Positions 1 to 9,550 are shown, counted from the stretch's first letter. The stretch: 64,000 nucleotides of DNA from an uncultured delta proteobacterium (GCA_963769305.1 CAVYLJ010000034.1:72647-136646); one strand, 5' to 3'. A program made the numbers and translations. The notes: generated by a model from the letters alone, not told the origin.

Positions 1-176
1 GCATATTGTCTTAAAATCATCTGGGGATTTAGTCGGTCAAAAAACATAAATAAAGCCTCCAGGACAGAAGTTTTCCCCACATTATTTCGACCTCCTAACA
101 GAGACACTCTCGTCAATTTTGGCAACTCAAGAGGTTTTAACCCTTTAAATCCAGAGACCTTAAATCTTGTTATCAT
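1..176 (-). CDS. P-loop ATPase, N-terminal fragment (gene continues past window start); OLD/RecF-like AAA_15/AAA_21-type
   Basis: Not in the ORF track because it is truncated. Reverse translation from the ATG at 176 gives MITRFKVSGFKGLKPLELPKLTRVSLLGGRNNVGKTSVLEALFMFFDRLNPQMILRQY. The GxxNxGKT/S Walker A about 30 aa from the start is typical of this ATPase class. It starts 55 nt after the methyltransferase stop on the same strand. Confidence 0.6.
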   Translation of the reverse strand, partial: MITRFKVSGFKGLKPLELPKLTRVSLLGGRNNVGKTSVLEALFMFFDRLNPQMILRQY

Positions 177-231
177 TTTTTATCCTCCAAATATCAAATT
201 ATTTAATAATATCATAGAGTGAAGCTTTTTA

Positions 232-3200
232 CTATTCTTTAAGATTTTTATCTGGTTTATTGATTAATATTATTTCTGCCGGATTTAAGTTATATAAGGC
301 ATAGACGAGGTGATTGATTTCGGCTTCGAGTTGGGGGACGGAGGGGCTGTCGGGATCGGACAGGATGGTCTGGACGAGTTTGATGATGGGGGCTTTTTGT
401 TTTTCCGTAGCGGGAAAGACGGGAAACTGTTCCATAAATATTGAACTGGGCTCGAAAAATCCTCCCCTCAAAAGCGGAAGCTTTGATAAAAACCAACGAG
501 TAGCTATTTGGGAATTGAGAATTGACAGCAGGTAAAGATCGTCAACAGGGATTATGAAACATTTTTGGTTTGTTAATAAGCCGGTTGAATCAAAGGCAAA
601 AATGTTCGTTTTAGTGATGTTAGGGTAAATGATCTTAGGTTGTTCGAATTCTTTGTAATAGGCAATATTGTCTTGAATTTCATACCACCTATAAGTTCCA
701 GGTTTTCGTCCTCGTTTCTTTTTTTCCGATCGATTAGGCTTCAGCTCTTTTTTAACACCGTCCTCTTTTTCTGTTCGTTTGGGCTCCAGGTCTTTTTTAA
801 ATTGCGCTAAGTGTCTTTTGATCGCCGGATATTTCTCAATATTGATCCCCCGTCTTGTAAAGATTACATAAAGTTCTGCCCATTCAGTCTTCCATTTCCG
901 GATATCACGTCCCCGGAGCCAGGGTCTAATAAGTTCGGCACTCTTTGGATCTTCGGAAATCAATTTTCTCCGAGTGGCGTCGTCGATCACAAAGGCTTCG
1001 TTAAGACCGGTCAAAACACCCCGATAAAAACGCCCTTTAACATATTCGCCGAGGGGAGTTCCGACAGCATTCAATTTTTCCATCAGGGCCTGCACTTCTG
1101 GAGATTCCAGATTCCACCCGTCCTCCTTAAGGGCGGGGATAGGCATAGGAAATCCGATTTGATCCAGAGTCTCCTCAACTCGTTCAAGCTGGGAAGGTTC
1201 TGTGAAGGTGGCGGCGGTAGCTTTCTCACTCCCGGCCGGCGGTTTTTTTTCAATCAGCAGGATAGCCGGATAGGTGGTGGCGTCAAAGATCGGCAGGTCT
1301 CCAAAGTCAATGATCGTTTTTGGGGTAACATGGGTGGTAAAAAAAGTCCGGATGTTCTTGCCGTAACCGGCCCGCATGAATTTATTGGGGGAGATAAAAC
1401 AGAGATGGCCTCCCGGCCTTAGGAGATCAACCCCGCACTTGTAAAAATAGGTGTAGATATCGGCTGTGCCGCAATAGAAGTCTCCATAGGCTTTGGCCAA
1501 TTGGGGTTTTAAGGATTTTATCCCTTCGTGACGGACATAAGGCGGATTGGCGATGACCACATCAAACCCACCCTTTTCCTGAAAGGCCTCGGCAAAATGG
1601 AGTTTCCAGAGGAAAAAGGGACGGGTGTTGTTTCTTTTGTATTGTTCGAGGTTTTTCAGGGAGGATTTTTTCCCCTGTTCCTGGAGGGTGGCCTCGATCA
1701 ACTCCCATTCCATGGCCTCAATTTGTTTTTTGATCTCTTCTTTTCTGGATTTCTGTGAGGCTTCGAACAACTCTTTGTGAAGGTACTTCAGTTCATCGGC
1801 AATCTTTTTGGCTTCGGAAGCAAAGAGGGGCAGGATCGTCATCTTTTCCCCATGTTTTTCAAGTTTTTTTAATCTCTCGGCAATATCATCCAGTTCCACT
1901 TTAATCTGTTGTTTTTTCACTTTGCTAAGCTTGCCGGCGGTATCGAGTTGGAAATAGTCTTTTTGCAGGTCCGTCTGTCTTCTCTTTAATTCGGCCTTGA
2001 TCTGCTCGGAATCGTCAGACGGCTTATCAATAATCAGCTTTTCATTAAACAGCTTGATCCCTTCATACTCCTCCAGGAGGCTGTTGCCCTGCATGATCTT
2101 ATAATCCAGGTTCGGCAGGGGACGGATTTCTTTGATGTCGTCTTCATCGACAATAAGAGACAGCCAGAGACGAAGTTTGGCAATCTCCACGGCCCCCGGA
2201 TCGACATCCACCCCGAAAAGGGAATTCTGGATGGCATGACGTTTAAAATGATAGGGGGACCGCTTCTTGCTTTCTCCCAGAAAAGTGGTCAAAACCTGGC
2301 GGGCCTTGATGATCTCATTCATCATGCCCACCAGAAAGGCCCCTGAGCCGACGGCCGGATCGCAGATCTTTATATCAACCAGTTTTTTATCTATGAGAGC
2401 GGCCCTGGTCCTGATCGACTCCGGCAGTCGATAAGAATATCTCTTTGTTTCCCTGCCCTTTACTTCCACCTGGGCATCGTTTTCGTTGGCCAGTTCACCG
2501 AAACGGATAAAGGTTTCGATATCCTCCTTGCGCAGAAAGATATCCCCTTCGATTCCGACCAACTCAGAGGCCAGATAGTTGATCAGGCTCTCCTGGCACA
2601 TGTAATGGACGATCTCGCGGGGCGTGTAGTAGGTTCCTTTCGATTTGCGGTCTTTGACTTCCAGAAGGTTTTCAAAGACCTTGCCCAGCATTTCCGGATC
2701 AACCGCCACTTCCCGTTCCAGGGGCTCGTCTTCCTTGACCGTGAAATTATAGCGGTCGAAGACGTCTAGAATACCTGTTCCGATATCCCCTTCTTTGGTT
2801 TTATTCTGGTTGGAAAAGAGTCCATCGGGAAGGAGCATATCGGCATGGACCCAGTCATAGTCGTTGAGGGGATCAAAAAGTCCGCCGTTCAGGAAGGGGA
2901 TTTTGCAGTCAAAAAGTTTGTAATAATCCTGATCCCGTTCTTTGGCCAGGGCCTCGTAAAAAAGGGGCTCCAGGATATCGTTAAAAAAATTGCCGTAATT
3001 TCTATTATCAAAAAGCCGGCGCAGGAAGTTTTTGGGACCGGTTCCCCAGGGGTTATTTCGGGCCACCCCGAACCAGCCCTTTTTCTGCAAAAAATAGAGG
3101 AAGACGATTTGCCCCAGAGTCTTTTTGGCAAAATCGGTAATATCGATCCCTTTGATTAGGAAATCTTTATTTACCGCTTCATCCTGGGCGACTATATTTT

Positions 3201-3849
3201 CAAGGGCCTCCTTGAGGTCATGGAATAGGGCGCGGTACTTTTCAAAAAATTCCCTGGTGACCTTTTCGATACTAAAGGCCTCTTCCAACCCGGCCAGGGT
3301 GGGATGATGAACATCATCCTCCAAGAACCGGAACAGTCTGGTTTGGGCCGTATGGCTGTTTTCATTTTTGCCGACCAGGAAAGAAAACCTGCGGGCCGGG
3401 GTCAGCTCCGCTTTGGCGCGCATCTTTCCGGATTTTGTTTCCCTGATCCGATAATCCATTTTGATCAGGGAGAAGCGCCAGTCATCGGGATTATCCGTAT
3501 AAAAGGCAACCAGGGCGGCCTCTTTAAGGATACCTCCACGGCTGCCGTTCAGATACCAGGAAATAAAGTTTCTTTGTCTGGTTCGGGCCTGTTCCAGGGA
3601 GGTTTCTTTTTTCAGGTGGGCAATGAGGATGTCTATCTTGTTGCCTTCAGGATCTTCATATTTCCCGATCCGTTCCAGACTATGAACATAAGGTTTAAAG
3701 GCATCGGGGATGAGGTTGCCCCGATAGACAAAATTTCCGGTGGTGTCGAGGTGATTGAGAATATTTTTGACAAAAAAGAGGTATCGGTCCCGGTCAAAGG
3801 GGCCTTGGAAAGTTTCCCGGATCAATTTGCCGGCAGCAATTCTATCCAT
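232..3849 (-). CDS. Large Eco57I/type IIG-like gamma-class N6-adenine DNA methyltransferase with a C-terminal putative target-recognition region (~1205 aa; PglX/DrmMI-like size)
   Basis: ORF 232..4014. Motif I is DPAVGSGAFLVG and motif IV is VVIANPPYVRHE. Start chosen at ATG 3849 (MDRIAAGKLIRE...), which overlaps the upstream gene's stop (ATGGATAG). The first 55 codons of the ORF-track entry overlap the upstream gene and look non-coding. Confidence 0.85.
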   Translation of the reverse strand: MDRIAAGKLIRETFQGPFDRDRYLFFVKNILNHLDTTGNFVYRGNLIPDAFKPYVHSLERIGKYEDPEGNKIDILIAHLKKETSLEQARTRQRNFISWYLNGSRGGILKEAALVAFYTDNPDDWRFSLIKMDYRIRETKSGKMRAKAELTPARRFSFLVGKNENSHTAQTRLFRFLEDDVHHPTLAGLEEAFSIEKVTREFFEKYRALFHDLKEALENIVAQDEAVNKDFLIKGIDITDFAKKTLGQIVFLYFLQKKGWFGVARNNPWGTGPKNFLRRLFDNRNYGNFFNDILEPLFYEALAKERDQDYYKLFDCKIPFLNGGLFDPLNDYDWVHADMLLPDGLFSNQNKTKEGDIGTGILDVFDRYNFTVKEDEPLEREVAVDPEMLGKVFENLLEVKDRKSKGTYYTPREIVHYMCQESLINYLASELVGIEGDIFLRKEDIETFIRFGELANENDAQVEVKGRETKRYSYRLPESIRTRAALIDKKLVDIKICDPAVGSGAFLVGMMNEIIKARQVLTTFLGESKKRSPYHFKRHAIQNSLFGVDVDPGAVEIAKLRLWLSLIVDEDDIKEIRPLPNLDYKIMQGNSLLEEYEGIKLFNEKLIIDKPSDDSEQIKAELKRRQTDLQKDYFQLDTAGKLSKVKKQQIKVELDDIAERLKKLEKHGEKMTILPLFASEAKKIADELKYLHKELFEASQKSRKEEIKKQIEAMEWELIEATLQEQGKKSSLKNLEQYKRNNTRPFFLWKLHFAEAFQEKGGFDVVIANPPYVRHEGIKSLKPQLAKAYGDFYCGTADIYTYFYKCGVDLLRPGGHLCFISPNKFMRAGYGKNIRTFFTTHVTPKTIIDFGDLPIFDATTYPAILLIEKKPPAGSEKATAATFTEPSQLERVEETLDQIGFPMPIPALKEDGWNLESPEVQALMEKLNAVGTPLGEYVKGRFYRGVLTGLNEAFVIDDATRRKLISEDPKSAELIRPWLRGRDIRKWKTEWAELYVIFTRRGINIEKYPAIKRHLAQFKKDLEPKRTEKEDGVKKELKPNRSEKKKRGRKPGTYRWYEIQDNIAYYKEFEQPKIIYPNITKTNIFAFDSTGLLTNQKCFIIPVDDLYLLSILNSQIATRWFLSKLPLLRGGFFEPSSIFMEQFPVFPATEKQKAPIIKLVQTILSDPDSPSVPQLEAEINHLVYALYNLNPAEIILINKPDKNLKE

Positions 3850-6800
3850 GGCCCTGACTTTCAAGATGATCGATTTTAGGGGGGACAAAGTATTCGGATA
3901 AAATGACCTCCCTGGGACCGGCGGTTTGGGCCGCTGTCTCGGCCATGGTCTCCTTGAAAAATTCCGGGGCGATATGGACCCGCAATACAGCCAGGATCTT
4001 GAGAGGATTAACACCTTTCTTCAGTTCATGATCCCAGGATTTCATGACCGTTTTGGCCGTCTGCTTGGGCAGGCCCCCTTCTTCCAGGAGCCGAATGACC
4101 TTTAGAAGATAAAGTTCATCTTCATCGGTGAATCCCTTAAATTTTCGGATTTCACTGGATTTGAGCATCCGTATGATCTGGGCCGCGCTGTCCCGGCCTC
4201 CTTTTACCCTGGTTTCCTGTCCTTCCTCGGAGGTGGCCCGCTCAAAGGCCTTTTTGTTTTTATCTAAGAGGGGGTAAAAATCTTTTTCAAAAGGGACCTT
4301 GGGGACCTCTCGGTCCGCCTCGAACAGTTTGGCGGCGGCTAAAAAATCCAATTCCTTGGGGGATGGAGCGGGCGGCAATAAAGAACTTCTGGAGTTTGCC
4401 TTTTCGGAAATAGGTTAAAAGGTCAGGATGGGGAGAGGGTGAAAGTGTTCTCGCTGTCCGCGCCTTTTTGGGAAGGTTTTTGATCCTGGCAAAGGTATCA
4501 GGTTCCTGGTCACGCACCCGGCGGATGACCTGGAGATACTTCAGTTCGCTCTCTTCGGTTTCATCTTCTCCGGTTATGGTCTTTTTAGAAAGGAGACGTG
4601 AAAATAGGTCATGGGATTTAATTTCTTCTCCTTCGGTTAACAGCCGGGCATCGGCCCCGAGCATCTCGATAAAGGCCTGGATTTTGTATTCGGCCGCCTC
4701 CTTGAGTTTTATCTGATCATTGGATTGCCGGGTGGGGAAAAAGTTGTAGGTGTATATGGTATCAAATTTGGTATCCACCCGGTTGATACGCCCGACCCTT
4801 TGTATCAATCGGGTGGGATTCCAGGGGATGTCGTAATTAACGACCACATTGGCTCGATGGAGGTTTACCCCTTCGGATAAGACCTCCGTAGAAACCAGAA
4901 TTCGATAGTCATCTTTCGGAAAACGAAATCCGGGATCGAAGTTTTCGATGACCCTTTCCCGTATAAGGGCACTGGAACTGCCAGTAACAGTCAAAAGCTC
5001 ATCCCCCAGGTCCATTCTTAATTTTTGGTCAAGATACTCGGCTGTTTCCTTGGATTCGGTAAAAATAATGGTTTTGTTTTTCCCGAGTACTGGGTCTGTT
5101 TTAAGTATTTCCAAGAATTTTGAAATCTTGGGGTCCCGGACCATGGTCTCCCATAGCCGGGACAGATCTTTTAGCAGTTGCAGATCATGCTCCAGGTCCC
5201 TTTTGAATTCCTTCTTGAAATCAGCAGCATCGTAGGAAGCGGCCTTATCTTCTTCAATGAGCCTCTCGATAGCCTCATCATTGTCATTTTCCAAAAATTC
5301 AAAAATTTTATTTATGTACTTTTTACTGACATAGACACGACCCTTTTCCATTTGGGCCAGGAAATGTTCATAAGAACGGATAAAGCGCTGAAGGGTATTT
5401 TTAAAGGCCTGAAAGCTGCTTTCCAGACGTTTGACCAAAAGGATCTTCATAAACTTGCCCATATTTTTTTGGGCCAGTTCTTCGGGATGGGAAATCCCTT
5501 CTTTGAGATAGAGTAAGGGAGTATAACGGGCATATTTAAATTTCTTGGTGACCGATTCTATGGTTTTGTGGAAATACCCGATCTTCCTGCTCATCGAATT
5601 CATAAAAGATGGGGCTCGGATCAGCCACTTCCGGAAATTTCAGGTTTTGACCCTGTAAGTCATCGCCGAAATAAAGGGCGATTTCGGAGCGGGTTCGGCG
5701 GACCATCAGGTATTTCAGGACCTTTTCTCTGACCTCCTGGGCATTCTCCCTGACCACTTTAAGATATTCTTCATGGTCCTTCTGGCGATCTAATTTTTTG
5801 AGCCTTTTCTCCAAGGTCAGAAAAAAGGCTTCCAGGTTGGGAATGTTCGGTATGGTGCTTTTCCGGGCTTTCTGGAAGAGCTTGATCTGGGAGAGGATAT
5901 CCACCGGGGAATTATTCAAGGGCGTGGCCGTGACCAGAATCACCCGCTTGCCACGGCAGATTTGGGCCAGTTGTTCGTAGGTGACGTTGGTCTCGGACCG
6001 GAAGCGATGGGCTTCATCAATAAATATGTTTTTATATTTATCGGTTCCCCGTTCGATCAACTTGTCGAGCTTTCCCAGAGATTCAAAATCAGCATGGGCC
6101 TTAAAATCGGAAAAGACATTGGGCCAGGACCCGGGAAGGTCCCTTTCCAGAAGTACCGGCGGTGCGATAACCAGGCTTCGACCGTCTAATTGTTGGGCCA
6201 AAAGGGCGGATATGTAAGTCTTTCCGAGGCCGACCACATCCGAAATAAAGACGCCTCCATATTCTTCGAGTTTGCTTTTGGCATCTAATACAGCCTCCCG
6301 CTGATAGGAAAGATCCAGGAAATTTTCCGGGAGGTATCTCTTAGAAATCTCCTCCTGATCGATATTGATTTTCTCTTTGAAATACTCGTATAAAAATTTC
6401 AAATAAAGTTCATGAGGGGTGATGGTATCATTCAGCCAGGTCCGGGTCTTAATGGTTTCGAGATATTTTTCCTTGAGGTCTACGGCGTTCTCCCAGAGGT
6501 CATTAAATTTGGTCAGGGCAAATTCATAATCGGCCCTGGTTCTTCAGCTCGACGTTGAATTCAAGGTTTTCAATCAGACCGGCCTGAGTGAAGTTGCTGG
6601 ACCCGGTAATCACCCGGCCCACATCCCGGTCTCCTTCGGCAAAGGTCATGATATAAAGTTTGGCGTGAAGGCTCTGGGATGGATAGGCCTTGATCTCCAG
6701 CTTTCCTGATTTGAGCCAATCCATGAAGACATATACCCCTTTTTCTACGGAGTGTTCATCTTCGGAATGCTCCATTTCATCGGCAACCCTGTCTGAGAAA

Positions 6801-7075
6801 TGGTCTTTTACCTCGGCGTGGGAAAATATAAAGGATTGTTGGGAAGGCTGATGGGCCTGCTGTATGATTTGGAAAGTTTGTTTATCGGTGCTGATCCCGA
6901 TCAGGATTCTGATTTTTTCGGTTGACTCCAGGGATGGATAAAGCCGGTTAAATCCACTGGAATAAAAATACCCGACCAGGCAATCAAAGAAGCGGGTGTC
7001 CTTGATCAGGACCCTGAACCGCTCCAGGAGATTCCGGTTTTCTTCATTGGTGATGAAGGTCAGGTCGGTAGTCAT
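3842..7075 (-). CDS. PLD (HKD) nuclease domain fused to an SNF2/DEAH-type helicase, interrupted by three apparent frameshifts
   Basis: Four ORF-track pieces: 6524..7075 (HKD motif LHAKLYIM...GSSNFT), 5536..6402 (GLGKT, FIDEAH, VTATPLNN), 4287..5603 (STEVLSEGVNL, QRVGRINR) and 3842..4378 (tail). The frames reconnect near 6535, 5570 and 4330. For example, the frame after ...VELK continues as ADYEFALTKFNDLWENAV... into the 5536..6402 frame. Confidence 0.8.
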
Positions 7076-7176
7076 ATTTTTTCGAAGACTGGAATAAGGT
7101 CTTGTCGGACTGCTTCATGGACCAGCCTTTCGGGTTAAGGTTGCCGGTGTTAAGAAAGGTCAAGTTTTAATGATTA

Positions 7177-7205
7177 TTTAAAGCATATCAAACAGTTAAA
7201 GTCAA
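7177..7205 (-). promoter_or_regulatory. Candidate sigma-70 promoter of the helicase-methyltransferase operon (copy A of a duplicated module)
   Basis: The minus strand reads TTGACT (7205..7200), a 17-nt spacer, then TTTAAA (7182..7177), about 100 nt upstream of the helicase ATG. The same -35, spacing and -10 recur at 9707..9735. Confidence 0.35.
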
Positions 7206-7527
7206 TCCCAAAGGGGGAATTTCTTTATAGGATCTTTTGCGGACTGGAACAGCAGGGAGCAAAGGGCATGGGGACGATCTGGGTTATTGGGTATGTCGGA
7301 TTTGTGCGAGTATAAGCGGAGGGCAAAAGATAAAGGCCGGGGAAAAGGCGAATTTCGAAAGAGATCAAGGCCCTCTGGCGCGGCTCCATGAATGCCGGAC
7401 AAGTGCTTACGTGACACTGCCTTAGGCTCAAGAAAGTGCCTGGCCGTAAACTTAGCGAAATCATTTCTAAAATTCGAATAGAAGAACAATCCAATCTTTA
7501 CAAAACTTGACATATTTGTAATAAATG

Positions 7528-7586
7528 GGTGGTGCCCGGGTAATAAGTGTAGTGAAGGGGTGGTGACACGTGTCACCCGTGTAGTG
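7528..7586. repeat. Two tandem ~31-nt iteron-like units, the second containing the perfect 16-bp palindrome GGTGACACGTGTCACC (7562..7577)
   Basis: GGTGGTG occurs at 7528 and 7559. GTGTAGTG occurs at 7547 and 7579. The internal palindromes are CCCGGG and ACACGTGT. The repeats lie in a ~620-bp stretch with no convincing ORF. Confidence 0.6.
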
Positions 7587-7824
7587 TCTGAGGTTATTCG
7601 CCGAAAAAAAAAGCCCATCCAGTTTACCCGACGCCTCGCCTATCATAAAGACGATAAGGCCTACATCGAACTAACAAACTCACCGCATGTCCGCCAGTGG
7701 TTGAGGTGATCCCTGTTATTTTTTCTCAAAATTCGGATTATTCCCTAAAAAAAACGGAAACTGTGATTGAGCGGCGGATGAGCGGGTGAGATATTCGTTT
7801 TTAGAAGAGGGGATCTCTTGATGA

Positions 7825-8133
7825 TTAAAGTCCCTTGACCGGGGAACCTACCCGGGAATTTCTAAACCCCGAGGTAGGCTTTTTTGACGTTTTCGCCGTC
7901 ATTATCCCCGTCATTTCCTGCTGTTTCTGGGTAGTCTCCTCCGGGCCTGTGGCCGCTTTCTCATGCCCTATGGGCTTTTCATAGAATTCGATGGTGAACC
8001 AATGAACCGGCTCGTTGTTCCTGATGATCGGGGGCAGGTATCCGGCTGTCCGCCATTTATCGAAAATGTTCATCATGCCGCTGCCGGCAATCTCGGCCCA
8101 GCCGGGCAACCTTATTGGAAAGGAGGTGTTCAA
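7825..8133 (-). pseudogene. Fragment resembling the C-terminal region of an AAA_4/HATPase_c_4-type ATP-binding DNA-binding protein
   Basis: The ORF translation contains GWAEIAGSGMMNIFDKWRTAGYLPPIIRN..HWFTIEFYEK, similar to the GSGIxRM...AGLPxPxF...F pattern of that family. There is no N-terminal ATPase part. It has a ~80% nucleotide duplicate at 8639..8713. Confidence 0.4.
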
Positions 8134-8245
8134 TTTAATCCGAATGTCGTTTTCAACGCTTTATCGACTTTTTCCAATGACGGGAGCATTCCCATCGCTT
8201 TATCTACTTCAATAAACCGAATTGTGGCCAGGTTGTCTGTCATGA

Positions 8246-8479
8246 TTATATTTGGTCATAAAGCTCCATCCCTTCCGCATTCCAATCATCTTCAAAGACA
8301 AGCAGTCTGTTTCTTAGATTCCGGGCCTCTTCTTTTGTAATCCCTCTTGCTTGAAGGTCTATGGTCTCCGGCTCTTCGTGATTAATGAAGGTTATAAGGA
8401 CATCACCCTCAATAACACCCGGCTTTTCAAAAAGCTCTACCGTCCCATTCTTGTAACGGCCTCTGACCGTCTTGAGCAT
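8246..8479 (-). CDS. Small antitoxin-like protein (AF2212/DUF104-like N-terminus)
   Basis: 77-aa ORF with MLKTVRGRYKNGTVELFEKPGVIEGDVLITF at the N-terminus and an acidic ...FEDDWNAEGMELYD tail. A 38-aa ORF (8127..8243, MTDNLATIRFIEVDKAMGMLPSLEKVDKALKTTFGLN) follows 2 nt downstream. No intact toxin partner is seen. Confidence 0.45.
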   Translation of the reverse strand: MLKTVRGRYKNGTVELFEKPGVIEGDVLITFINHEEPETIDLQARGITKEEARNLRNRLLVFEDDWNAEGMELYDQI

Positions 8480-8580
8480 GTTCGTTCCTCCTTATTTAAC
8501 CTCTGGGAAGTACACTTTTTCCAAATTTTCGTTATTATGGTCCTCCTTGATAACTATTCTAACTTGTGGACAAAAGAGAC

Positions 8581-8748
8581 TCAATGTTTTATTAGTCCAT
8601 CTACCCGGTACTTCCCTGTGTCGTTCCGGGCGACCGGAAGCAGGTATCCGGCCGCCCTCCAGTTGTTGAACATTTTCATCACGCCGCTGCCGGCGATCTC
8701 GGCCCGTCCGGGTGGATTCAACCTGCGGATAAGCGCTTTGCGATTCAT
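8581..8748 (-). pseudogene. 55-aa remnant paralogous to 7825..8133 (HATPase_c_4-like C-terminal fragment)
   Basis: Not in the ORF track in this frame. Translation is MNRKALIRRLNPPGRAEIAGSGVMKMFNNWRAAGYLLPVARNDTGKYRVDGLIKH. Its ATG overlaps the stop of the hsdM fragment (ATGA). Confidence 0.4.
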
Positions 8749-9050
8749 TGCTCACCTGTCAATTGTTTTATGTTGTGGCTGATCACGGCCCCTAGTTCTC
8801 GTGCTTCGGCATTGAGCTTCAGCAATTCGTCGTTCAGGGATAAAATTTCGGAGGTAAACTCCTCTTCTGTCTTGCCGTCTTCCTCGATGACGACACCCAC
8901 GTAACGCCCGGGATTGAGGGAATAGTCCTGTTCGCGCACCTCATCCGGGGTGGCGCATTTGCAGAGCCCTGTCACATCCTCGTACCTGGCCTCGGAGAAA
9001 CGTTCCTGAAGCCTGTATAACTTTTCAGGCATTTTTACCCTAATGTTCAC
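8745..9050 (-). pseudogene. hsdM: C-terminal ~100 aa of a type I restriction-modification methyltransferase (HsdM), 5'-truncated
   Basis: The translation ...CATPDEVREQDYSLNPGRYVGVVIEEDGKTEEEFTSEILSLNDELLKLNAEAREL... matches the typical HsdM tail (E-I-x-x-N-D-Y-x-L-N-x-x-R-Y-V followed by a coiled-coil). No catalytic NPPF/Y region lies upstream. Confidence 0.6.
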
Positions 9051-9132
9051 CCAAGTTTTGATCTTCTTGGTCTTGATACCGACTCTAAAAGTGAAAACAA
9101 CCCATACTTGGTAGGCTTTAACCTCTTAATGC

Positions 9133-9510
9133 TCAGGGAAGATCCCCTTTTCGCTTTCTGATTTTATTTCCGCTGCCCCGCCTCTCCCTAACTCTTTCTT
9201 CTTCTTTTTCATCCCACATTTCACGATAGAAGTAAACATATGAAGCGGTTGCTTCCGGGTCTATTTTGAAGTAATAACGGCAGAGCTTTTTGTATAAAAC
9301 CAGCATCGAAGGGTCGAAACAAAAATCGAGCATACCGTCAAGTGTATGCTCGATGCGCTGATGATCAAGAGATTGATCTCGTAGAATCGCCTCAACTTCA
9401 GACCCATATTGCTGTACAGCTTGACGGGCAAGTTGACGGCTCATCCTCACAATTTCGTCTATCGACTTGACAAAGTCATTCATTTGCTGAAATTGCCTAA
9501 GACGGGACAT
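9133..9510 (-). CDS. Hypothetical protein (125 aa, helical, basic C-terminal tail)
   Basis: ORF-track entry only. I recognise no motif. Confidence 0.4.
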   Translation of the reverse strand: MSRLRQFQQMNDFVKSIDEIVRMSRQLARQAVQQYGSEVEAILRDQSLDHQRIEHTLDGMLDFCFDPSMLVLYKKLCRYYFKIDPEATASYVYFYREMWDEKEEERVRERRGSGNKIRKRKGDLP

Positions 9511-9550
9511 CGTTCTGAATCAATTTTTATCATCCATCACCAGCCACAAA

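Noticed and set aside
811-3879. Plus-strand ORFs inside the methyltransferase gene (811..1422, 1528..1758, 2845..3159, 3304..3879)
   Set aside because: They are antisense to a 1205-aa ORF with clear methyltransferase motifs. Their translations are low-complexity or Gly/Phe/Pro-biased with no motifs, so they are shadow ORFs.
3842-7075. Calling the helicase (and therefore the whole defence operon) an inactivated pseudogene
   Set aside because: The same kind of single-base frame breaks affects metG, purL, tmk and other essential genes in this window. Sequencing or assembly error is therefore the more parsimonious explanation until read-level evidence says otherwise.
7202-7618. 138-aa minus-strand ORF in the non-coding block, plus a GTGCG string at ~7305 that could hint at a group II intron 5' end
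   Set aside because: The translation is not protein-like. I found no intron domain V consensus and no RT/maturase ORF nearby, so I kept it only as an unexplained non-coding block.
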